From: Myxococcales bacterium
Lineage (GTDB): Bacteria; Myxococcota_A; UBA9042
Direction: 5' to 3'
Assembly: GCA_037441385.1 (NCBI GenBank)
Contig: JBBISH010000080.1
Span: 1-31,536 of the forward strand
DNA length: 31,536 bases
In this document: piece after piece, positions 9,023 through 16,743 of the stretch
How the letters are laid out: every line of letters begins with the position of its first letter
How positions within the stretch are numbered: position 1 is the stretch's first letter
Translations under genes and position numbers: made by a program
Notes under the pieces: generated by a model
Database searches by the model: none
What the model saw: the letters and a program-made list of their open reading frames with translations, nothing else
What the model was told of the DNA's origin: nothing

Positions 9023-10321
9023 CTACTGCACCCAGTAAGCCTCTTCCAGGCTGTCTTCGCGCTCGGGCAGGCCGTGCAGCAGGCGCGGGCAGTGGTTGCG
9101 CAGCACCTCGTAGCTGACGCGGTTGGCGTACTTGCAGACCTGGTGGATCGACGAGTAGGTCAAGAATTCCGCAGCGTGCTTGGGCGAGTTGGGCGCGACT
9201 CGCCGGTGGTGGGCGTTGGCGACCAAGTCGTGCAGCAGCGCGCCCAAGGCCGCGTCGCCGGCACCGTTGGTGTTGTGGATGCGGCTGGGCCCGCCGTGGT
9301 AGGGGTTGATGTGCGAAAATACGGGCCGCGGGTCCTTGCAGGCCTTGCGCGGCATCGCGCGACTGTACTCGTAGCGATTGTACTCCGCGATACTTTTGGA
9401 CAAAATCGGATCGCGCGTCTCGCGCAGGTACGGTGGGTCGGTCCAGCCGGCCAGGTAGAGCCCGTGCTTGTCGCGGGTGAGCAGCACTAGGTCCACCCAG
9501 TCCAGGGCGGCGCGGCTTGCCAGCAGCGGGTCGTCTTGGCCGGTCAGGGCGCAGAGCTCGCCGTAGTTGCCGGCCAGTACGCCGACCTCGATGCCCTGCA
9601 GCAGCTCGACCAGGGCCGCGCGCTGCTCGCGGACGAGCCACTCGGTGCCGAGCGAAAGAACAACCGGCACGCGGTGTTGATTGGCAATGGCGATGGCGCG
9701 GCGGGTGGCAGCGTGGATGGGCGCCTGCGGATCGCGGAGCAGGTAGGCGGTCAGGACCAGGGCCGAGGCCTCGGCGATCAGCTCGGTGGGGATGGCGTCG
9801 GGGTGCAGCTCGTCCATGATGCCGCGGCTGATGCCAAAGCTGCGCTCGCGGTCGGGGGTGACGAAGCAGAACGCCCGCCCCATGGGCCCGTCGACCGGCT
9901 GCAGGTGCGCCAAGTTGACGCGCGAGCTGGTGTTGCGGATGTAGTGGAAGGCGTAGTCGCCCACTGCGATGGTGCGGTTGATCGAGCCGATGAGGTACGC
10001 GAGGTCGTCGGCCAGGACCGAGTAGTTGTGGAGCGTGTTGCCGACCGAGCCACCAGCGTACTCGCCGACGATGCGCCCGCGTGCCTTCAGGTCGGCGTAG
10101 AGCCGGTCGACCAGTTGCGTATCCAGTACTTGCGAGCCACCTTGGGGGATGCCCAGGGCCGCGAGTTCGCTGGCTTCAACCTCGGCCTCGATATCGACGA
10201 GCAGTTGGTCGATGCCGACAATGTAGAGGTGGGCCTCTTCGCGTTCTTCGTGCAGCGACTCAGGGCCGCGATCCGAGACCGGGAAATAGTGCTTGGTCTT
10301 GCGTTTGCCGGGGAAGCGCAT
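9023..10321 (-). CDS. gsk: Inosine/guanosine kinase (PfkB family)
   Basis: N-terminus MRFPGKRKTKHYFPV, NYSVLADD, NTSSR, catalytic NTNGAGD and C-terminus GLPEREDSLEEAYW closely match E. coli Gsk as I recall it. Confidence 0.95.
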   Translation of the reverse strand: MRFPGKRKTKHYFPVSDRGPESLHEEREEAHLYIVGIDQLLVDIEAEVEASELAALGIPQGGSQVLDTQLVDRLYADLKARGRIVGEYAGGSVGNTLHNYSVLADDLAYLIGSINRTIAVGDYAFHYIRNTSSRVNLAHLQPVDGPMGRAFCFVTPDRERSFGISRGIMDELHPDAIPTELIAEASALVLTAYLLRDPQAPIHAATRRAIAIANQHRVPVVLSLGTEWLVREQRAALVELLQGIEVGVLAGNYGELCALTGQDDPLLASRAALDWVDLVLLTRDKHGLYLAGWTDPPYLRETRDPILSKSIAEYNRYEYSRAMPRKACKDPRPVFSHINPYHGGPSRIHNTNGAGDAALGALLHDLVANAHHRRVAPNSPKHAAEFLTYSSIHQVCKYANRVSYEVLRNHCPRLLHGLPEREDSLEEAYWVQ

Positions 10322-10409
10322 GGCGGGCTCGGGGCGCGGCGGCGCCGGGGCGTACCATCCCCCGATTCGGTGGCTAGTGCAAGCTTGTGGTGGCGACGGC
10401 CCCGGTGGC

Positions 10410-11096
10410 CTATTTGCGCTCGGGCGGGTCGTAGAGGAGCATGCCGGCCAAGAGGCACGCGGTCTGGTCTGCGGTGGCCGGCGCTAGGCCCTTGCTCAGC
10501 CAGAAGCGCCCCGGGTGTTGGGTTTCTACGGCCCCGATCGGCCCGGCGCCGCGCAGCTCCCAGCCCAGGCCCATGGAGTACAGGCTGCCGTGTTCGTCGT
10601 GATCGACGGGGTTCGCCAGCAGGTTGCCGTCGCCGACGACGGCCGCGCCGCCCATGGGCGCGCCGTTTTCGCCCTTGAGCACAAAGCGGGTGCCGCTCGT
10701 GTCGGCGCCGCACGCGCAGGCCAGCGACGTCTGCTGGTTCGACAGGTGGCCGCCAAAGACCGCCACGTCCTTCTTTTCGGCCTCGACGCCGCAGTGGCCG
10801 GGCAGTTCGCCGGTGGGCGTGACGAGTACGAAGGCGTAGCCGGTCTTGATGGCGGTGGTGCTGTAGGCGCCGACGCCCCAGCCCGAGCTGCTGGTCCAGT
10901 CGCGGTCGACCTTGGTGACTTTGTAGGGGCCGAAGTTGAAGCTTTCGTCGACGAGCGCGCCCTTCCAGCTGGAGCGATTTTGGACTTCGTAGACGTTGGC
11001 GCCGCTGGCCAGGTCGGATGGCACGGCCATGCGGATGGGAGCGCAGGCGCAGGCGGCGGTGCCGAGCGCGAGGACTGCAAAGCGAGACAGGGACAT
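10410..11096 (-). CDS. Hypothetical lipoprotein
   Basis: GAGG RBS, lipobox-like ACAC, 228-aa ORF with normal codon bias. Confidence 0.7.
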   Translation of the reverse strand: MSLSRFAVLALGTAACACAPIRMAVPSDLASGANVYEVQNRSSWKGALVDESFNFGPYKVTKVDRDWTSSSGWGVGAYSTTAIKTGYAFVLVTPTGELPGHCGVEAEKKDVAVFGGHLSNQQTSLACACGADTSGTRFVLKGENGAPMGGAAVVGDGNLLANPVDHDEHGSLYSMGLGWELRGAGPIGAVETQHPGRFWLSKGLAPATADQTACLLAGMLLYDPPERK

Positions 11097-11182
11097 GGGG
11101 ACCTCGCGGCCGCCGCGTGGTTTGGAGCCGGCTTGGCGGGGAGCCTACGCTGTGCATCGGAAGGGCGTCAACTCGACAAGAA

Positions 11183-11366
11183 GGGGGGCAATTTCTACTA
11201 CCTACAATTGTTGAGGATTGGGCGCCTCGCCGCTGCCGCGGCGACCCGGCCACGACTTTGGGCGAAGGGAGTTTTCGCCATGCCCCGCGGCTGCCTCCGC
11301 CCAAAGCGGCGTTGCACGCCGCCCTTCGGGTGCGTGTCCGTGGCGCAGCGCCGCCGCGGCCGGCGG
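11183..11366. repeat. ~200-bp structured intergenic repeat, copy 1 (most diverged)
   Basis: GGGGGGCAATTTCTACT...TGGGCGCCTCGCCGCTGCCGCGGCGACCCGGCCACGACTTTGGGCGAAG...CGCCCAAAGCGGCG..., shared with the copies at 13711, 15152 and 18988. Confidence 0.9.
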
Positions 11367-11512
11367 CTGCATCGGCGCCCTGGGTTGGCCCTCGCCGCCC
11401 TTTCCGGCCTGCCCGCGCCCGCGTAGAGCGGGATGGCGTTCGCGCTGCCGCTCCGGCCATCTAGCGGCGGCTCGCCCCGCAAGCCTGCGACCCCAACCCT
11501 ACATGGAGGAAC

Positions 11513-12016
11513 ATGGCGACCGCCTACCTTGTCGAAGGCCCCGTGGGGGCTGGCAAAACTACCTTCGCCGCCCAACTTTGCCTGCGGCACCATGCGCCGC
11601 GGCTAGTGCTGGACGACTGGATGGCGCGGCTGTTCCGCCCGGATCGCCCCGCCACGGACGTCGTGCCGTGGTATCTGGAGCGCAAGCGCCGCTGCCTCGA
11701 CCAGATCTTTCAGGTAGCGAGCGACTTGCTCGAAGCCGGCAGTAGCGTGGTCCTAGAGCTGGGGCTGATTGGCGCGGGCGAACGCCTGGACTTCTATGGC
11801 CTGGCCGATGCGGCCGGCTGGGAGCTGCGCGTCTACGTGCTCGATGCCCCGTTGGAAGTGCGGCGCCGGCGGGTGCAAGCGCGCAACCGCGAGCAGGGCC
11901 CCACGTTTTCGATGGTGGTGCCGGACGAGGCCTTCGAACTGGCCAGTCGCCTGTGGCAGCCGCCCAGCGACGCCGAAGTGACCGAGCGGCGCATCGAAAT
12001 GGTGACCACGGGCTGA
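11513..12016 (+). CDS. Small P-loop kinase/ATPase (AAA_33-like)
   Basis: GGAGG RBS, Walker A GPVGAGKT, lid-like RRRRVQARN segment. Confidence 0.8.
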   Translation: MATAYLVEGPVGAGKTTFAAQLCLRHHAPRLVLDDWMARLFRPDRPATDVVPWYLERKRRCLDQIFQVASDLLEAGSSVVLELGLIGAGERLDFYGLADAAGWELRVYVLDAPLEVRRRRVQARNREQGPTFSMVVPDEAFELASRLWQPPSDAEVTERRIEMVTTG

Positions 12017-12030
12017 TCCTCGCGATGCAT

Positions 12031-12075
12031 GTTTGGGGGGGGCAATTTCTACTCTTTGAAATTGTTCGCATTTGC
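12031..12075. repeat. Partial (head-only) copy of the ~200-bp repeat
   Basis: GGGGGGCAATTTCTACTCTTTGAAATTGTTCGCATTTG, about 15 bp after the kinase stop. Confidence 0.7.
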
Positions 12076-12205
12076 TAGCGCTGCCGACCGTCCCGGGCCT
12101 GCCGCCAGCGCGAACTTGCTGTGCGTGCCGCTCTCAACACCACCTCGACCTGCTGCTGGCCGAGCCGCCATCGTCCGCATGGCAAGTTGCCTGGCAGGTT
12201 TGGCA

Positions 12206-12250
12206 CGTTGGGGGGGCGATTTCTACTATGCAAGATCGCTAAGGTTTGCC
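12206..12250. repeat. Second partial (head-only) copy of the ~200-bp repeat
   Basis: CGTTGGGGGGGCGATTTCTACTATGCAAGATCGCTAAGGTTTG. Confidence 0.6.
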
Positions 12251-12334
12251 ACGGCGGGCCTGGGAATTCCGCGACCTTCACAGGACCGCTTCGAGCGGGC
12301 CTCCCCTGCCAGGTTCACCCAAGTCCGCCCGCGC

Positions 12335-13570
12335 TTATCCGTTCGCGGCGGCGGCCAGTGCCTGATCGACAGCAGCCCTCTGGCGCCGCCACGCCACGAT
12401 GCGCTCCGGTGTGACGCGGGCTTGGAGCTGGCGATCCCGCAGCGGATGCCCCGCCACCGCACGGGCATAGCTCCCGAGCGCGACCTCCACGGAGCCCGCT
12501 GAATGCATCACGGAAACCAGCTCGCCCGATTGCCGATCGAGATCGAGAATTTCGCAAGGAATGGCCACAGCGACGCTCTGCCCCTTTGACCGAGAAAGCG
12601 AAATTCGCCCGTCGGCCTGGTCCTGCCGTGTTTGGAACCAGGGCGGCGGGTAGGGCCAGTCCGCCGGTTTGAAATTGGGCTGACTTCCAACCAGGCGCCA
12701 GCGCCCGTCCGCCACCGCGCTCAGCGACGTCGCCAGCAGAGCGCAGGCTTGTTCTGGAGCCAGGTCCTGTAGGTCCTCGATCCTTGGACATCCTTCGAAT
12801 ATCAACGGAAAGCCGTAGAGCAGGGCATCCCCAAACAGCACCAATCCGGGCTCGCGCGCGACCACCAGGGCGACGCCGATGCCGCCACCCAGCAACGGCA
12901 TGGCCAACCAGTGGCCTGCGCGCACCGACCGATCCGTAGTCCTGCCAGCTGGAATGCTGGGTTGCGCCCTCTGGGCCGCGCGTTGCCGAGCCGCAGCCGC
13001 CCACGCCGTCCAGGTGGCGAGCCGATCCGGGTCGATGGGGGTCACCTGGATGGTCAGGTCCCAAAACCCCGGCCTTCGACCCCGCGCATGGTTCCGCAGG
13101 GCCGACTCCAACCGGCTGGCGCCACTGACGAAGGAGAAGCGGGGAAAGTGGGCCGCAGTCTCGCGATCCGTCGGGTGGTTGTCCGCGACCGTCGCCGTGG
13201 CGGTGTCGTCGGTGGTCTCGATGGAGTACAGGTCGTGCGGCTCAGCCGGCCGATCGAAGTCGCCCGCCCCGGTTGGCAGGACCGGCCAGTCCGCCGGGTC
13301 AAAGTCGGCCACCGCGCCGCGTCGCTGCCACCGCCCGTTCGCAAAGGGCCGTGGCGGCAGCAAGCCAATCCAGGCGTCGGTCCAGCGGGCGAGCGGGGGC
13401 ATCTGGGCCGCAAGCTGCGGATCGACAAGGGGTTGCATGTGCAAGTACGCAAGAACCAGCGGGACTTTGCTGTTGGCGGGCGCCACCCGCGCCACCACCA
13501 GGGCAAAGTGCCCCACGTCCTGGATAGGAATGGTCCAGATGTCACCGGGTTGCACAGTGTTGTTCGCCAT
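12335..13570 (-). CDS. Tandem-duplicated Imm26-like immunity-domain protein
   Basis: Two similar halves begin VQPGDIWTIPI...ALVVAR and VRAGHWLAMPL...ALVVAR. Each later has GRW...G...FxPADWP. Confidence 0.55.
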   Translation of the reverse strand: MANNTVQPGDIWTIPIQDVGHFALVVARVAPANSKVPLVLAYLHMQPLVDPQLAAQMPPLARWTDAWIGLLPPRPFANGRWQRRGAVADFDPADWPVLPTGAGDFDRPAEPHDLYSIETTDDTATATVADNHPTDRETAAHFPRFSFVSGASRLESALRNHARGRRPGFWDLTIQVTPIDPDRLATWTAWAAAARQRAAQRAQPSIPAGRTTDRSVRAGHWLAMPLLGGGIGVALVVAREPGLVLFGDALLYGFPLIFEGCPRIEDLQDLAPEQACALLATSLSAVADGRWRLVGSQPNFKPADWPYPPPWFQTRQDQADGRISLSRSKGQSVAVAIPCEILDLDRQSGELVSVMHSAGSVEVALGSYARAVAGHPLRDRQLQARVTPERIVAWRRQRAAVDQALAAAANG

Positions 13571-13710
13571 CGAGTATCCCCTGCGTGGATCCGCCGCTCA
13601 CCAGTGTGGGCAGGGCCTTGCGGGCACAGCTGACCTGGAGCTTGGCGAAATTCGATCCTGTGGACAAGTCGTCACTCGGTCCAGCGAGCCGCTGCCAGCG
13701 CCCTGTGTAT

Positions 13711-13922
13711 GTTGGGGGGCAATTTCTACTGCGCGAGATCATTCGGATCTGGGCGCCTCGCCGCTGCCGCGGCGACCCGGCCACGACTTTGGGCGAAGAA
13801 GGCTTCCGGCCGGATTCGCGGGCTCCTGCGCCCAAAGCGGCGCGCGGCGCCGCCCTGCGGGTTCGTGTCCGTGGCGCGGCACCGCCGTGGCCGGCGGTGG
13901 GGGCCCAGCGGGAGACGGAGCC
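13711..13922. repeat. ~200-bp structured intergenic repeat, copy 2
   Basis: Near-identical to copies 3 and 4, ending GGGAGACGGAGCC. Confidence 0.95.
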
Positions 13923-13954
13923 GAAACCGGAGTCGGAACCGCAGCCGGAGGGTC

Positions 13955-14008
13955 ACCCGGCGGCTAAAGCCGCAGGCTAACTCTACAAAGCCCGGCCTCC
14001 GCCGGGCC
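13955..14008. repeat. Bipartite REP-like double hairpin
   Basis: CCCGGCGGCTAAAGCCGCAGGCT, spacer, GCCCGGCCTCCGCCGGGC. Same layout as the ends flanking tnpA at 26601 and 27099. Confidence 0.55.
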
Positions 14009-14064
14009 AGACCCCTTGTTGTACGGGGCAGTTGCCGTGTCCAGCACTGGCTGGGCGAGGCGCA

Positions 14065-14104
14065 ATTGGAACTTTTAGTTCCAATACGCGGAAAATAGAT
14101 TTCG
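14065..14104. promoter_or_regulatory. Palindrome plus GAAAATAGATTTCG motif, module 2
   Basis: ATTGGAACT-TTT-AGTTCCAAT followed by ACGCGGAAAATAGATTTCG. Confidence 0.7.
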
Positions 14105-14120
14105 CCCGCCCTGCCAACCG

Positions 14121-14352
14121 CTAATCCATCGCCGCGTTGCGTCCCTGCTGCTCGGCCTGCTCGACCTCCACCGCCGTGCGAAACGCGTCCAGCCATGCCA
14201 CCTGCCCCTCGGCCTCTACCTGCTGCAGCAGCCGCACCACCGCGCGCACGGCCTCGGTGTAGGGCTCGCGCGGCTTGCGCGGCGCCTTGTCGGTCGGCTG
14301 GCCGGCTTGCAACTGCTTGGCTTCGGCGACCACCTTGGTCACTGGGCGATTC
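14121..14352 (-). pseudogene. 5'-truncated copy of the repeated HTH/DUF3102-like gene
   Basis: Only RPVTKVVAEAK...GRNAAMD matches the full copies. Similarity stops near 14352, upstream of the MNT gene. Confidence 0.85.
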
Positions 14353-14464
14353 TGGGCTCGCTCGATCGGCCTCGACGCCGGCACGCGCTTGCCTGGGCCT
14401 GCTGCCGTGCGTATGCTGCACATGGTTCGCTGCGCCGGGTCGGCGGAACACGAGTTGATTCAAG

Positions 14465-14788
14465 ATGTCCGAGCCCTTTGCCCGCCTGCCCCCCGTTGCC
14501 TCGCGTGCCGAGGTGCTGGCGCGTCTGGCTGCCAATCAGCCGGAGTTGGCGGCCTTGGGGGTGCGGTCGCTCGAGTTGTTTGGCTCGTTTGCCCGCGACC
14601 AGGCGGGGCCCGCCAGCGACGTGGATTTCGTGGTCGAGTTCGCCGAGCCGTTGCAGGTCGAGCACTACTTTGCCTTGCGCTTTTTGCTTGAAGACCTGCT
14701 GGGCCGCCGCATCGACCTGGCGCGCAAGCGGGCGCTCAAGCCGACCTACCGCGCGTTTGTCGAGCCGGAGTTGATTCGTGTCGCGTAG
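14465..14788 (+). CDS. MNT minimal nucleotidyltransferase antitoxin (MntA-like)
   Basis: [22 protein letters not shown] is the GSx10DxD motif. Overlaps the HEPN gene. Confidence 0.9.
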   Translation: MSEPFARLPPVASRAEVLARLAANQPELAALGVRSLELFGSFARDQAGPASDVDFVVEFAEPLQVEHYFALRFLLEDLLGRRIDLARKRALKPTYRAFVEPELIRVA

Positions 14789-15125
14789 TTGGCGCACTCG
14801 CTTGGTCGACAACGCCGAAGCATGTGAGCAAACGGCGGCGTTTGTGGCTGGCATGGACTTGGCGGGCTTCCTGGCCGACGCGCGGACCCGGGCGGCGGTC
14901 GAGCGGATGCTCGGGGTGATCGGCGAGGCGGCCAAGCACGTTCCAGCCGAGGTGCGCGAGCGGTACCCGGGCGTGCCTTGGCGCGAGGCGGCTGGAATGC
15001 GCGATGTTTTGGCGCACGACTACTTCGACGTCGACCCCGAGATGGTGTGGCTGGTCGCGACCCAGCGCGTGCCGGCGTTGCTGGCTGCCGTGCAGGCGGC
15101 GTTGGCAGCCGAAGGTGGCGAGTAG
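14778..15125 (+). CDS. HepT-like HEPN (DUF86) RNase toxin
   Basis: AVER...IGEAAK...PW...MRDVLAHDY contains the Rx4HxY motif. Confidence 0.9.
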   Translation: MSRSWRTRLVDNAEACEQTAAFVAGMDLAGFLADARTRAAVERMLGVIGEAAKHVPAEVRERYPGVPWREAAGMRDVLAHDYFDVDPEMVWLVATQRVPALLAAVQAALAAEGGE

Positions 15126-15151
15126 CCATTGGGCAGTCGTTGCGCAGGTAC

Positions 15152-15362
15152 GTTGGGGGGCATTTTCTACTGCCCAAGATTATTCGCATTTGGGCGCCTC
15201 GCCGCTGCCGCGGCGACCCGGCCACGACTTTGGGCGAAGTAGGATTCCGGCCGGAATCGCGGGCTCCTGCGCCCAAAGCGGCGCGCGGCGCCGCCCTGCG
15301 GGTTCGTGTCCGTGGCGCGGCACCGCCGTGGCCGGCGGTGGGGCAGAACGGGAGACGGAGCC
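15152..15362. repeat. ~200-bp structured intergenic repeat, copy 3
   Basis: Begins ~27 bp after the HEPN stop. Near-identical to copies 2 and 4. Confidence 0.95.
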
Positions 15363-15428
15363 CCGGTCTCCCCGCCTGAGCAAGCTCGTCCTGCGCCCGA
15401 ATCGCCAGTCTTTAGGGGCGGTGGGTCA

Positions 15429-15573
15429 GCGGCCGGCGCGGAGGCACGGCCGCTACACCCTGGCGCACGTCCTTTGGGAGCAGCCTGTTCGTGGCGAAGG
15501 TCGAGCCGGGTTGCCAAGCGGTACCTTCCCCCTTTGGGCAGCAGGGGTAGCGGCTGGCCTCTGTGCCGGCCGC
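15429..15573. repeat. Pair of GTAG-type REP-like hairpins
   Basis: Minus strand GTAGCGGCCGTGCCTCCGCGCCGGCCG (15429-15456) and plus strand GTAGCGGCTGGCCTCTGTGCCGGCCG (15547-15573). Confidence 0.55.
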
Positions 15574-15645
15574 TCAACCGCCGGTTGTAGGTTGCTCCGT
15601 AGGTTGCTCTGCTACTGCCCGTGCTCGCCCTCTTGCGCCCGGCCA

Positions 15646-15686
15646 TATTGGACATTTTATGTCCAATACGCGGAAAATAGATTTCG
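15646..15686. promoter_or_regulatory. Palindrome plus GAAAATAGATTTCG motif, module 3
   Basis: TATTGGACAT-TTT-ATGTCCAATA is a perfect inverted repeat, followed by CGCGGAAAATAGATTTCG. Confidence 0.7.
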
Positions 15687-15703
15687 CCGGGCCACCTCAG
15701 TCA

Positions 15704-16258
15704 CTAATCCATCGCCGAGCTTCGCCCCTGCTGCTCCGCCTGCTCGACCTCCACCGCCGTACGAAACGCGTCCAGCCACGCCACCTGCCCCTTGGCCTCC
15801 ACCTGCTGCAGCAGCCGCACCACCGCCCGCACCGCCTCGGTGTAAGGTTCGCGTTGCTTGCGCGGCGGTTTGTCGGTCGGTTGGCCCGCTTGGAGGTACT
15901 TGGCCTCGGCGACCACCTTGGTCATGGGGCGGTCCAGCGCGGCCACCGGCATCTGCTGCGCCATGGCGGTGACCACTTGGGCCGTGGTGCAGTAGCGGCG
16001 CACCTGGCGGACGTCGATGCCCAGGCGCTCGGCGTGCGCGGCCTCCCAGGCGGTGACGCCGCTGCGGGCCTTGGGTTTGCTGGCCAGGAGCGTTTGGCCG
16101 AGTTTGATGCGGTAGGCGTTGGCGTGGATCTGCGCGGTTTGGGTGGTGGTCGAGAGGGAGGAGAGGTAGGATTCGGGGGTTTGGTCCGGGGCTGGGTCGG
16201 GGAGCTGGTTGAGGAGGTCGGCTATGGTTTGGGGTTCGGCGGGGCTGGGTTGCGACAT
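15704..16258 (-). CDS. Repeated HTH-containing protein (DUF3102-like)
   Basis: Likely start MSQPSP at 16258. IKLGQTLLASK...W...AERLGIDVRQVRRY resembles an HTH/DUF3102 pattern. Conserved paralog at 19280. Confidence 0.7.
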   Translation of the reverse strand: MSQPSPAEPQTIADLLNQLPDPAPDQTPESYLSSLSTTTQTAQIHANAYRIKLGQTLLASKPKARSGVTAWEAAHAERLGIDVRQVRRYCTTAQVVTAMAQQMPVAALDRPMTKVVAEAKYLQAGQPTDKPPRKQREPYTEAVRAVVRLLQQVEAKGQVAWLDAFRTAVEVEQAEQQGRSSAMD

Positions 16259-16743
16259 GGTGGGGCTTCCCGGCGTCCGATTTTGCCGGACGCGAAATAG
16301 ATTTCGACGAATTGCAGTGAGCATGTCAAGGCGTCCCGGCCCGGCGATGGAGGGTGCCGGGGATCTTCTGAACGGCTACCGCCGGGCCGTCGCGCTGCGG
16401 CCGCCGGTCGAGCGTAGGTCATGCGCGGTGACTGAGTTCTTGCTCCCGGCGGTGGCGACGCTCGGTCGCGCCGCCACCCTTGCGGGCTGGCATCGCTGAC
16501 GCGGGGTTGGGGTTTGCCGTGGTTGCGCGGGGCAGAAGGTGGGGGTATTGAGCGGCGGGAATTCATTTCCTGGAATGTGCCAGCCGAGCACAGCGTGCGT
16601 CCCTGTGAACTCCCATCCCCATGAATACTGAAGGTGAAGTTGCTGTGGCGTCGTCGCCCAGCCGTTGACTGAACTGCCCTGCAAGCGTAGCCTCGCAGGC
16701 GTCCGCTGCGGGCCGAATTGGCGACCGTGCGAACCGGAGCGCC

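Noticed and set aside
2224..10678. Many long antisense or alternate-frame ORFs
   Set aside because: They are Arg/Pro/Ala-rich shadows of high-GC genes with no recognisable motifs.
13585..13980. ORFs through the repeat (GGQFLL...WAPRRCRGDPATTLGE...)
   Set aside because: The copies share no start, RBS or stop, and the changes fit base-pairing. The frame is indel-free with a few synonymous changes, so a coding origin is unlikely but not excluded.
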